The notes under the pieces were generated by a model. The model made no database searches and had not been told where the DNA came from. It saw only the letters and a list, made by a program, of their open reading frames with translations. A DNA stretch of 64,000 nucleotides from Planctomycetota bacterium (lineage in GTDB: Bacteria > Planctomycetota > UBA8108 > SXIK01), in NCBI GenBank assembly GCA_965223845.1, contig CBDCXR010000004.1, positions 7,008,001 to 7,072,000 on the forward strand, written 5' to 3'. How positions within the stretch are numbered: position 1 is the first letter of the stretch; the number at the start of each line of letters is the position of its first letter. Of this stretch, positions 19,874 through 29,307 are shown one piece after another. Both the position numbers and the translations under genes were made by a program.

Positions 19874-21162
19874 GGTCGGTGCTCCCATTCGAGCGTCGCT
19901 CGCAGACGACCGTCGAGCGCACCCGCGGCGGAATCGCCGGGCGTGACGACGAAACGGCGGCGATCGCGCTGAAGAATCTGAGCTCTGAGAACTCGCGCGA
20001 ACTCTGCGGTGATGCCTTGCTCACGCGTTCCGAAGAGGATGTCCGCCATTCTTCGGATCGTCGGTTCCAGATTCTCCGACGCCGCGGCGATCACTCGACC
20101 CGCCTCCGGGGAATCGAGTCGCGCGATCAGGCGATCGTGGAAGCGGGGGTTGTCGAGGAACGCCTCTTTGATGAACACCTGCACCACGCGGTGAAACTCC
20201 GGCATTTCGACGAGCTCGACGAAACGCAATCGGATCTCCTCCTTGATCCGCGGTCGCGCGAGGACTTCTCGGGCGGCGGAACGCGTCGCCGCGACGATGT
20301 CATCGATGCGGCTTCGGACGAGCGGAGTGATCTCGCGCCGGGCGAACTCGTTCCACGCCCGCTCGAAGTGATCGTCGCGCGTCAGCGGGAGCGACTGGTA
20401 GACGATGCGCCAGGTGAACCCCCAGAGCGGTGCCTTCTCCCACGCCTCGCGACCGATGCTCGACAGGATCGGCTTCAACCTCGCTTCCCCGACAGGCCAG
20501 ATCTCCTTCTCGAACAGCTCGGCGAGCTCTCGGTCATCGAGACCCTCCTGGAGGAGCCGCGAGAGCTCCCGCAGCTCCGCGCGGTGGCGCGCCGTAAACT
20601 CGGGGAGAGACTCTTTCACCGACAGCTCGATGTCGTGAATGACGCCGACGATCACCGGGGTGAGGAGCGCGAAGATGTCGTCGCGTCGCGGCAGCAGCAT
20701 GGCGTTCCACTCGGCGGCGAGTCGAGCGATGCGCTCCTCGGTGAGAAGTGTTTTCGCCACCCAGGCGAAGGCTTCGGGAACGACGACCATTCGGACGGAG
20801 GCACCCGCGTGGACCGGGAACTCCTCCGGATCGTCGATGCGAAGGCGAACCGCGCGGGCCTCGCCGTAGAATCGCGGCTGGGGCTCGCCGTTCGCGTCGA
20901 GCAGAGCTTCGAGCTCGCCGACGCGGCGTCCCTGGGGATCGAGAACGGCGTCTCCCACTTCGAGCCACCAGAGGTTCGGGAGGTCGACGTCGAAGGATCG
21001 AGGTCGTGCGACCACGTAATCCCCGAGCTCCGCGAGCGTGCTTCTCCCCGTGCTGCGGGTTTCCGTGAGAAAGCCCGCGGTCCAGGTGACCAGCGCGGAC
21101 CACAGCGCCGCGCCGACGCCGATGCGAATCCAGCCTCCGAGTGATGGGGCTCGCCCGTTCAC
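19870..21162 (-). CDS. Membrane-anchored protein, divergent MCE/MlaD-like N-domain plus long helical region
   Basis: N-terminal TM; LEVGDAVLDPQGRRVGELEAL resembles the MCE 'LxxGxxVxxxGxxVGxV' motif; coupled to the MlaF-E fusion. Confidence 0.55.
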   Translation of the reverse strand: MNGRAPSLGGWIRIGVGAALWSALVTWTAGFLTETRSTGRSTLAELGDYVVARPRSFDVDLPNLWWLEVGDAVLDPQGRRVGELEALLDANGEPQPRFYGEARAVRLRIDDPEEFPVHAGASVRMVVVPEAFAWVAKTLLTEERIARLAAEWNAMLLPRRDDIFALLTPVIVGVIHDIELSVKESLPEFTARHRAELRELSRLLQEGLDDRELAELFEKEIWPVGEARLKPILSSIGREAWEKAPLWGFTWRIVYQSLPLTRDDHFERAWNEFARREITPLVRSRIDDIVAATRSAAREVLARPRIKEEIRLRFVELVEMPEFHRVVQVFIKEAFLDNPRFHDRLIARLDSPEAGRVIAAASENLEPTIRRMADILFGTREQGITAEFARVLRAQILQRDRRRFVVTPGDSAAGALDGRLRATLEWEHRP

Positions 21163-21409
21163 GTTGCTCCGGTGTCCTCGAACTCTCGCCGCGTGCCGGC
21201 GCGCCGGTCGGCGCGTTCGCCGGTCCCGTCACAGCGAGCCAAACTCGTCGCGAGCGGGTATCGTAGTTGTCTTTCGGTCGTCCGGCCACCCTGTCCGGTC
21301 GGGCGGTGAGATCGGGTGATCACACGCCGCTCCGCCTCCCTTCGCGCGGTTCATTCGCGCCTCGAGGGAGCGCCGCCGAACCGAGAACGAAACGCACCGC
21401 GAAAGACCG

Positions 21410-21754
21410 TTGAGCCCCACCGACGTCCGGGTCGTTTTCTGTACTTGCCCCGCCGATGCCGCCGAGCTCGTCGCTCGGCGGATGGTCGAGCTCCGCCTCG
21501 CTGCCTGCGTCAACGTCCTCCCTGGAATCCAGAGCTACTACTGGTGGGAGGGCAAGATCGCGGCGGACGGTGAGAGCCTGCTCGTCCTCAAGTGCCGCGC
21601 CGGCGACGTACCCGCACTCGAGGATGCGATTCGTTCGGTCCACCCGTACGAGCTTCCGGAGGTGATCGCATTCGACGTCGCCGCAGGAAGTGGCGACTAT
21701 CTCAAGTGGGTGATCGAGAGCACGGACCGGAGCGCGAGTGGCGATGGCGCGTGA
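21410..21754 (+). CDS. cutA: Divalent-cation tolerance protein CutA
   Basis: VVFCTCP…RLAACVN…SYYWWEG…HPYELPEVI; TTG start. Confidence 0.93.
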   Translation: MSPTDVRVVFCTCPADAAELVARRMVELRLAACVNVLPGIQSYYWWEGKIAADGESLLVLKCRAGDVPALEDAIRSVHPYELPEVIAFDVAAGSGDYLKWVIESTDRSASGDGA

Positions 21755-22997
21755 GCTCGGACAAGCGCTGCGGTCGATCGAAGAGGTTCAGCGAACGATT
21801 CTTTCGGTTGTAGAGACGGTCGACGCGGAAGAGCGCCCCCTCGCCAGGGCTCTATCCGCCGTCTTGAGAGAGCCGATCGTCTCGCGGGACACGATTCCTC
21901 CGTTCGACAACTCCGCGATGGACGGGTTCGCGGTGCAGGCGGAGGATCTCGCGGGCGCGACGGAAGACGGGCCCGTCGCCCTCCCCATCGCGGGGACGAT
22001 CGCGGCCGGGCGCGCGTCCGACGAGGCGCTCACTTCCGGACAGTGCTTTCGCATCATGACGGGAGCACCGATCCCGGACGGCGCCGATGCGGTGATTCCG
22101 CACGAGCTCGTCCGCTGGGACGACTCGGCGGCGACGTTCGTGGCCCCACCGCGGCCGCGGCAGAACATCCGCTCGGCCGGCGGTGACTTCAGGCCGGGAG
22201 ACGAGGCGATCGCGGCGGGGACCTCGCTTCGGGCCGCGCACCTCGGGATCGCGGGGACGCTCGGCTACGCGACGCTTCGCGTGTCGCGGAAGCTTCGCGT
22301 CGCCGTGCTCTCTCCCGGGGACGAGCTCGTCGATGTCGGCGAGCCGCTCGGGCCGGGTCAGATTCGAAACTCGAACGCGTATGCGCTCCGCGGCGCGCTC
22401 GAGGACCTCGGTGCCGACGTCGTGTCCGCTGCGATCGTCCCCGATCGCGAGGATGCCGTCCGCGGAGCGATCGAGGCCGCCGTCGCCGAAGGGGCCGACG
22501 TGATCCTTTCGACCGGCGGAGTGAGCGCCGGTGACTTCGATTACGTGAAGTCCGTCGTCGAGAGCGACGCGAATCCGGGCTACGTCTTCAAGGTCGCGAT
22601 GCGGCCGGGGAAGCCGCAGGTCTTCGGACGATTCCGGGACGCGGTGCTCTTCGGCCTTCCCGGGAATCCCGCCGCCTCGATCCTCTCCTTCGAAATGCTC
22701 GTTCGACCCGCGCTGCGAAAGATGGCCGGCGCAGCGCGTCTTTTCGAGCCGCGCTTTGGCGTGCGCTTTCCGGAGGACTACCGCTATCCGTCGGGACGGG
22801 TCTTCCTTCTTCGCGCTCGCGTGGTTCCCGACGACGAACGCGGCGAGGGGTATCTCGTCGAGCCGCCCGGTGCGCAGGGATCCGGGCGCATGGCGGCGTT
22901 CGCGAGCGCGAACGCGATCGTCGTTCTTCCCGCGGACCGGGACGTCGCGCGCGCTGGAGACGTCTTCCCCGCGCAGTGGATCGGTGGGCGACCGTGA
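21744..22997 (+). CDS. moeA: Molybdopterin molybdotransferase
   Basis: PPFDNSAMDGFA, RIMTGAPIP, GDEL, STGGVSAGDFD, MRPGKP, GLPGNP. Confidence 0.96.
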   Translation: MARELGQALRSIEEVQRTILSVVETVDAEERPLARALSAVLREPIVSRDTIPPFDNSAMDGFAVQAEDLAGATEDGPVALPIAGTIAAGRASDEALTSGQCFRIMTGAPIPDGADAVIPHELVRWDDSAATFVAPPRPRQNIRSAGGDFRPGDEAIAAGTSLRAAHLGIAGTLGYATLRVSRKLRVAVLSPGDELVDVGEPLGPGQIRNSNAYALRGALEDLGADVVSAAIVPDREDAVRGAIEAAVAEGADVILSTGGVSAGDFDYVKSVVESDANPGYVFKVAMRPGKPQVFGRFRDAVLFGLPGNPAASILSFEMLVRPALRKMAGAARLFEPRFGVRFPEDYRYPSGRVFLLRARVVPDDERGEGYLVEPPGAQGSGRMAAFASANAIVVLPADRDVARAGDVFPAQWIGGRP

Positions 22998-23674
22998 ATA
23001 GCGCGGACGGCACGCCGTCGCCGCGGAGCGCGATCGTGCTCGCCGGCGGCTCGAGCCGCCGCATGGGTCGCGACAAGGCGCTTCTCGACGCCGGTGACGG
23101 CCGCTCTCTCGTCGAGCGCTCGATCGAAGTGCTCGCGACGGCGTTCGACGATCTCGTCATCAGCGTAGGCGCCGCGGGTCCCTCGCGTGATCTCGAGTCG
23201 GCCGTCCAGAGGTCGGAACGCCGTACGGGGCGTCTTCCTCGCTTCGCGCTCGACGGAGACGCGGACGCCGGCCCCGTGGCGGGTGTGATTGCCGCACTCG
23301 ACGTCGTGCGCGCGCCGATCGCATTCGTCCTCGGAGTCGACTACCCAGAGATCTCGCTCTCGTTCGCGCGGTGCCTGGTCGAGCTCGCATCGGCCCCGCC
23401 CACGCGCGGCTGCGTTCCTCGGTACGCCGGTCGTCTCGAGCCGGCGTACGCGGCCTACGCGAGAGGGCTCGTTCCGGAGCTCCGCGCCCTCGGCGCGCCC
23501 GGTTCGGTCCGCCTCGTGGACCTCGCCGAGCTCGACGGAGTTCGAGTCGTCGACGTGGAGAAGATTCCCCTCGCGGCTGCGCCGGAGTGGGACGCCGTGT
23601 TTCGGAGCCTCAATTCTCCCGGCGATTACGCGCGCTGGCGCGGTGGCGAAGATTCTCGGCCCTCGTGCCGATAG
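22994..23674 (+). CDS. mobA: Molybdenum cofactor guanylyltransferase
   Basis: LAGGSSRRMGRDKA, GPVAGV, VDYP, LNSPGD; GTGA overlap with moeA. Confidence 0.9.
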   Translation: MNSADGTPSPRSAIVLAGGSSRRMGRDKALLDAGDGRSLVERSIEVLATAFDDLVISVGAAGPSRDLESAVQRSERRTGRLPRFALDGDADAGPVAGVIAALDVVRAPIAFVLGVDYPEISLSFARCLVELASAPPTRGCVPRYAGRLEPAYAAYARGLVPELRALGAPGSVRLVDLAELDGVRVVDVEKIPLAAAPEWDAVFRSLNSPGDYARWRGGEDSRPSCR

Positions 23675-23855
23675 CATCCATCGCCGAGCCGGCCGGCGGA
23701 GGCGGTTCGACCGACCCCGGGGCGCGAGCAGAGAAACTCGTGAGAAGATCGCGCCGGCGTTCTACAATCCCGGGTTTTGCGCCCGCCCGGTTCCGCCTCG
23801 CCGCTGGTGACGGACTCCGATCGGCGCGCGTCACTCCGACCGAAAGACGATCCGA

Positions 23856-24833
23856 ATGAGCAGGATCTGCTGTCTCCTCTCCGTTCTCAGCCTTCTCCCG
23901 GGGTGCATCGTCGTCCCGATCGGGAAGCTCTTCGAGACGCCTCCGCTCCGCGAAGAAGTTCTCGTCCGAGGTGACGGATTCTTCCGTCAGGATAAGCTCG
24001 TCGTCGTCGAGATCGACGGCGCGATCACCGCCGCTCCGACGAGCGGCTTTCTCGGCGGCGGAGGCGACACCGTCGCGCAGGTTCGCGCTCGACTCGCGCG
24101 AGCGAAAGCGGATCCGGAGGTCAAGGGCATCCTCCTCATGATCTCGAGTCCGGGAGGAGAGGTGACGGCGAGCGACGTCATTCACCGCGAGATCCTGCGT
24201 TTTCGCGAGACGACCGAGCTGCCCGTGCTTTCGCTCATCGGCGACACCGGGACGTCGGGCGCCTACTACATCGCAGTCGCATCCGATCGCGTGCTCGCGC
24301 ACCCGACGTCGATCGTCGGCAGCATCGGCGTGATCCTCCACAGCTTCAACGTCGCGGGATTGATGCGCAACCTCGGCGTCGTCGTCGATCCCGTCAAGTC
24401 GTCGCCGAGCAAGGACATCAACTCGTTCTTTCGCGAATCGACCGAAGACGAGCGCGCAGTCCTGCAGAAGGTGGTCGACGAGCTCTATTCGCGATTCGTC
24501 GAGGTCGTCGACTCCGGTCGGCCCGATCTCGCGGCGGATCGCGTGCGCGAGCTCGCGGATGGCCGCATCGTTTCCGGACTCGAAGCGAAGCGTCTCGGGC
24601 TCGTGGACGGCGTCGGCTACGCTGCCGACGCACTCAAAGAGCTGAAGACGATGGCTGGCATCGACCGGCCGACCGTCGTTCGCTACGCTCGCGAGGGACG
24701 CGGGCGAGCGAGCGTGTTTTCTTCGCTGTCGGGACCGGATGCGACCGCTCCGACGCATTCGAGCCTCGAGCTCCGCTGGCCACTCGCGTCATCGCGTCCG
24801 ACCTTCTATTACCTTTGGCAGCCGGGGATCTAG
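23856..24833 (+). CDS. sppA: Signal peptide peptidase SppA (S49), lipoprotein
   Basis: Lipobox LLPGC; ISSPGG, TSGAYYIA, SIVGSIGV, ADGRIV. Confidence 0.93.
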   Translation: MSRICCLLSVLSLLPGCIVVPIGKLFETPPLREEVLVRGDGFFRQDKLVVVEIDGAITAAPTSGFLGGGGDTVAQVRARLARAKADPEVKGILLMISSPGGEVTASDVIHREILRFRETTELPVLSLIGDTGTSGAYYIAVASDRVLAHPTSIVGSIGVILHSFNVAGLMRNLGVVVDPVKSSPSKDINSFFRESTEDERAVLQKVVDELYSRFVEVVDSGRPDLAADRVRELADGRIVSGLEAKRLGLVDGVGYAADALKELKTMAGIDRPTVVRYAREGRGRASVFSSLSGPDATAPTHSSLELRWPLASSRPTFYYLWQPGI

Positions 24834-24899
24834 AGACGGCCCGTCCGAGGATCACGCGCCGCTACGCTCACCGAACCGCTACATCCGATTTGGCATCTC

Positions 24900-27800
24900 A
24901 TGTCTTCTTTTGATCCCCTCCCCGAATCGTACTCGTTTCCTGCCGCCGAGGCGGAAGTGTGTCGCTACTGGAAAGAGAGCGGCGTCTTTCAGAAATCGCT
25001 CGCCCAGCGTGAAGGCGCGCCGGGCTTCGTCTTCTATGAAGGCCCGCCGACCGCGAACGGGAAGCCGCATCCCGGGCACGTTCTCACGCGCGTCATCAAG
25101 GATGTCTTTCCCCGCTACAAGACGATGCGCGGCTACCGCGTTCCACGGAAGGCGGGATGGGACACGCACGGGCTTCCGGTCGAGCTCGAGGTGGAGAAGG
25201 AGCTCGGGATCTCCGGGAAGGAAGAGATCGAGGCGTACGGCGTCGAGAAGTTCACGCACCGCTGCATCGAAAGCGTGTTCCGTTACACGAGCGAGTGGGA
25301 GGAGCTCACCGAGCGGATCGGTTTCTGGGTCGACCTCGACGAGGCGTACGTCACGTTTCACCAGAGCTACGTCGAGAGCGTCTGGTGGTCGCTGCAGCGT
25401 CTGTTCGAGAAGGGACTCCTCTACCAGGGGCGAAAGATCGTCTGGTGGTGGCCCCAGGGCGGCACGACTCTCTCGGCCGCCGAGGTCGGGCTCGGGTACC
25501 GTACGATCGCGGATCCGAGCGTCTACGTTCGCTTTCGTTCGGTCGAGGACCCCGCGACGAGCTACGTCGCTTGGACGACGACCCCGTGGACCCTTCCGAG
25601 CAACGTCGCCCTCGCGGTCCATCCAGAGGAATCGTACGTCCGCGTCGAGGTCGCGACCGAGGACGGGGGGAAGGAGACGCTCGTCCTCGCCGAAGCTCTG
25701 GTCGGGAAGGTTCTCACCGACAAGGTCGAGCCGCTCTCCGTGTCGAGCCCGTTCCCGGGGCGCGAGCTCGTCGGCAAAGAGTATCGTCAGCTCCTTCCTT
25801 ACCGCTCGCCGGACGATGGTCGAGCCTTCGTCATCGTCGGCGCGGACTTCGTCACCGTCGACGCGGCGGCCGAAGCCGGCTACGGCACCGGCTTCGTTCA
25901 TCTCGCTCCCGCGTTCGGCGAAGACGACGCGCGAGTCGCAAAGGAAGAGGGACTCGCGTTTCTTCAGCTCGTCGACGATCGCGGCCGCATGACGGAGGAC
26001 GTCGCGGAGGTCGCGGGAGTCTTTTGCAAGGATGCCGACCGCGAGCTCATTCGACGACTTCGCCGCGACGGTCTCCTGCTCCGTGAGGAGGTCTACAATC
26101 ACGAGTATCCGTTCTGCTGGCGGTCCGACGATGATCCGCTCATCCAGTACGCGCGACCCGCGTGGTTCGTGTCGACGAGTCGGTTCCGCGACGCGATGCT
26201 CGAGAACAACCGCGCGGTGCGCTGGATTCCGGAGCACATCCGTGAAGGCAGATTCGGGAAGTTCCTCGAAGGAAACGTCGACTGGGCGCTCTCCCGTGAG
26301 CGCTACTGGGGAACGCCGCTCCCGATCTGGGTCTGCGAAAAGACCGGTCATGCCGAAGCGATCGGCTCGTACGAGGAGCTCCTCGCCAAGCCGGGAGTCG
26401 AGGGCACGGATGCCTTCGATCGCGCGAAGGAAGCGGATCCCGACTTGTCGGACCACTTGCGAGTTCACAAGCCCTACATCGACGCCGTGACCTACACGTC
26501 GCCGAAGGATTCGGGCGCTCGGATGCGCCGCGTTCCCGAAGTCATCGATTGCTGGTACGACAGCGGCGCCATGCCGTTCGCGCAGTGGGGCTACCCACAC
26601 GCTTCTGGCTCGAAGGAGCAATTCGCCGCGTCGTTTCCGGCCGATTTCATTTCGGAGGCGATCGACCAAACTCGAGGCTGGTTCTACACGCTCCTCGCCG
26701 AAAGCACCCTCCTTCACGATCGCGAGGTGCCGCATCCCTACCGAACTTGCATCGTTCTCGGCCATGTGTGCGACGACAAGGGCGAGAAGATGTCGAAGTC
26801 GAAGCGGAACTATCTCGACCCGATGGAGGTGCTGGACGCGCACGGCGCGGACGCGCTGCGCTGGTATTTCCTCTCCCAAGGAAATACGTGGACGAACGCG
26901 CGGTTCAGCCTCGATCGAGTCGCGGAGGCGAAGAAGGATTTCTTGATCCGGCTCCAGAACGTCTGGAGCTTCTTTACGATCTACGCCCGCATCGACGGAT
27001 TCGACCCGAGCGCGGGCAATGAATCGGCGACGGACTGCGACTCGAACACGCTGTCTCGCGCGAGCGGGTACCGGCCGGTCGCCGACCGGCCGGAGATGGA
27101 TCGATGGATCCTCTCTCAGCTCGCATCGACCACCGAGGCGATGACCGAGCGCCTCGACGACTACGACGTGCTGACGGCGGCGCGATCCCTCTTTCGATTC
27201 GTCGACGAGCTCTCGAACTGGTACGTCCGGATGGGGCGGCAGCGCTTCTGGGCGAGCGGGATGGAGGACGACAAGCGCGATGCGTACTGGACGCTCTACG
27301 AGTGTCTCGTCACCGTATCGCGACTCGCGGCGCCCTTTGTTCCGTTCCTCGCCGAGAATCTCTACCAGCACCTCGTCGTCGGTCCGTGGAGCGGCACGCA
27401 GCCGGAGAGTGTCCACCTCACAGAGTTTCCGTCCGCTCCCGCGGGACGCGTCGACGAAGCCCTGTCCTCGCAGATGGCACTCGCGATGGAAGTGATTTCG
27501 CTCGGGCGATCAGCGCGGGTCGACGCGAAGATCCGAGTGCGCCAACCGCTCGCGGAAGCCGTGCTCGTGCTCGCGGACGAATCGCACCAGGAAGGCCTCG
27601 GAACGCTTCTCCCGCTCGTCCAACGGGAGTTGAACGTCGAATCACTCAAGTTTGCGGCGAACGCCGACACCTTCGTCGAGTATCAGTTTCGACCGAATTT
27701 CAAGCTCATCGGGCCGCGCCTCGGCCGTTCGGTCCAGGCGCTCAAAAAGGTGCTCGAAACGGCGGACGCCGCTGCGATGCGCGCCGCGCTCGACGACACG

Positions 27801-28205
27801 GGGAGCTGCGACGTCGACCTCGAAGGTCAGACGGTCACCTTGTCGCGCGAAGAGCTCGAGGTGCGTCTCACCCCGCGCGAAGGATACGCTGCGCGTGCCG
27901 GTCGGAGCGTCGTCCTCGTGCTCGACACGACGGTGACGGACTCGCTCCGCGAGAAATGGTACGCGCGAGAAGTTGTCTCGACCGTGAACGGGCTGCGAAG
28001 CGACCGGTCTCTCGAGTACGAAGCGCGCATCCGATTGACGGTGTGGTGCGCCGAGGAATTTCGGCGCGCCCTCGAGAAGCACGCTGCGTACATCCGCGAC
28101 GAAACCCTCGCCACCGAGCTCGCATTCGAGGATGACGCAGCGCCGAGCGGCGCGTCGAGTGGGAAGGCGGGCGAACACGAGTTTCGGGTCGATTTCGTCG
28201 TTTAG
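24900..28205 (+). CDS. ileS: Isoleucine--tRNA ligase, type 2
   Basis: EGPPTANGKPHPGH, GWDTHGLPVE, WTTTPWTLP, SRERYWGTP, DQTRGWF, KMSKS; C-terminal KIRVRQPL and no Zn-finger. Confidence 0.97.
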   Translation: MSSFDPLPESYSFPAAEAEVCRYWKESGVFQKSLAQREGAPGFVFYEGPPTANGKPHPGHVLTRVIKDVFPRYKTMRGYRVPRKAGWDTHGLPVELEVEKELGISGKEEIEAYGVEKFTHRCIESVFRYTSEWEELTERIGFWVDLDEAYVTFHQSYVESVWWSLQRLFEKGLLYQGRKIVWWWPQGGTTLSAAEVGLGYRTIADPSVYVRFRSVEDPATSYVAWTTTPWTLPSNVALAVHPEESYVRVEVATEDGGKETLVLAEALVGKVLTDKVEPLSVSSPFPGRELVGKEYRQLLPYRSPDDGRAFVIVGADFVTVDAAAEAGYGTGFVHLAPAFGEDDARVAKEEGLAFLQLVDDRGRMTEDVAEVAGVFCKDADRELIRRLRRDGLLLREEVYNHEYPFCWRSDDDPLIQYARPAWFVSTSRFRDAMLENNRAVRWIPEHIREGRFGKFLEGNVDWALSRERYWGTPLPIWVCEKTGHAEAIGSYEELLAKPGVEGTDAFDRAKEADPDLSDHLRVHKPYIDAVTYTSPKDSGARMRRVPEVIDCWYDSGAMPFAQWGYPHASGSKEQFAASFPADFISEAIDQTRGWFYTLLAESTLLHDREVPHPYRTCIVLGHVCDDKGEKMSKSKRNYLDPMEVLDAHGADALRWYFLSQGNTWTNARFSLDRVAEAKKDFLIRLQNVWSFFTIYARIDGFDPSAGNESATDCDSNTLSRASGYRPVADRPEMDRWILSQLASTTEAMTERLDDYDVLTAARSLFRFVDELSNWYVRMGRQRFWASGMEDDKRDAYWTLYECLVTVSRLAAPFVPFLAENLYQHLVVGPWSGTQPESVHLTEFPSAPAGRVDEALSSQMALAMEVISLGRSARVDAKIRVRQPLAEAVLVLADESHQEGLGTLLPLVQRELNVESLKFAANADTFVEYQFRPNFKLIGPRLGRSVQALKKVLETADAAAMRAALDDTGSCDVDLEGQTVTLSREELEVRLTPREGYAARAGRSVVLVLDTTVTDSLREKWYAREVVSTVNGLRSDRSLEYEARIRLTVWCAEEFRRALEKHAAYIRDETLATELAFEDDAAPSGASSGKAGEHEFRVDFVV

Positions 28206-28513
28206 ACGGCGAGACTCTTCGGAGGGGAGCTTCGATCGGATTCGGTCCGTCGGGGCTTGGCGTCGGATCGAGCGGAAGACGAGGGAGAAGGCGTCCGCAT
28301 TTCTCGTCCGGTGACGATCTCTCGAGCGTCAGAGTAGAAGCGGTCCAGGAATCCACGGTAGAATCTTGCTCGACGGCGAAACGAGCTGAGCGAGCGCCCG
28401 GTGGCGTCGAACGCAGTTCCCCTGTGCGCGCGACCATCGGCGGCGACGCGAGCGAGGCTTCGCCCGGGACGACCGCAAGCGTCTCTCGATCGACGGACTC
28501 GGCGACGATACGA

Positions 28514-29185
28514 ATGGCGAAGAACCCGCAGAAGAGCCCGGCGGCGACCCGATCCGGGGCATCGCCTTCCGGCAAACGTCGGGCAAAGGTCGACGCGGCG
28601 AAGGGAGACCGACCGGGCGCCGCGACGACCAAGAACCAGCCCGATCGACCCGCGAAACGAACGCGTCGCGCCGCCGCGAAGCCGTCGATCCAGGTTCCGG
28701 ACGATCTCGAGTTTCCACGCGTGCCGGCGGATGAGATCCCGGACGACGAAGACGCGATCCGTCTCATCCTCGGCGGTCAAACCGCCCAGCGAATTCTCTA
28801 CGACGCGCTCCTCGAGCACGCCGCGGCCGAGCAGCGAGTTCTCGTCGCGATGCTCCGGCGCGACTGGGACGAGCGCTTCCAAGAAGCGAGTCTCGTCGGT
28901 CCGGATTTGATCGCGCGGATCCGGGGCGTACCGGTCGCGGACGCGGAGCCGGTCGAGGCTCAACCTTCGGCCGCCGCGATTCCGAGCTGGCTCGAGTCCC
29001 TCGGCGACGACGGGTCGAACCGGACGATGGAGGTCGTCGCCGCGTTTTCCGATCGCGCGCTCGTCTGTCGCGCGCTCGTCCCGTGGAAATCCGATCTCGC
29101 GCCGGTCTACGATTTCTTCTGCGGTTGCGTGGAGTCCGAGGATCTCCATCGCGGGCTGCTCGCTCAGTTCTCTCGCTTGATCTAG
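28514..29185 (+). CDS. Hypothetical protein with basic low-complexity N-tail and helical C-domain
   Basis: ATG 28514 is in frame with the 253-aa ORF; Lys/Arg/Ala/Pro-rich first ~55 aa; fills the gap between ileS and selB. Confidence 0.6.
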   Translation: MAKNPQKSPAATRSGASPSGKRRAKVDAAKGDRPGAATTKNQPDRPAKRTRRAAAKPSIQVPDDLEFPRVPADEIPDDEDAIRLILGGQTAQRILYDALLEHAAAEQRVLVAMLRRDWDERFQEASLVGPDLIARIRGVPVADAEPVEAQPSAAAIPSWLESLGDDGSNRTMEVVAAFSDRALVCRALVPWKSDLAPVYDFFCGCVESEDLHRGLLAQFSRLI

Positions 29186-29307
29186 CCCGGATCTCTCACC
29201 AGATCGTTTCACGACTTGCGGCGGCTCGCCGCTTCGCTCACCGAATCTGGTGACGCGCGCGTTGGCGCGAAGGGAGCTCGCCCTGGACGTCCATGGCGAG
29301 CGGACGA

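Noticed and set aside
21170-21410. Moco riboswitch upstream of cutA-moeA-mobA; also a T-box before ileS
   Set aside because: No recognisable conserved motifs; the ileS leader is only 66 bp.
24879-27416. Long antisense/shadow ORFs (845 aa here; also 53043-55865, 35643-37445, 42928-44643, 18105-20024, 3192-4889)
   Set aside because: They overlap well-identified genes, are Arg-rich and motif-free, and are expected from stop-codon scarcity in high-GC DNA.
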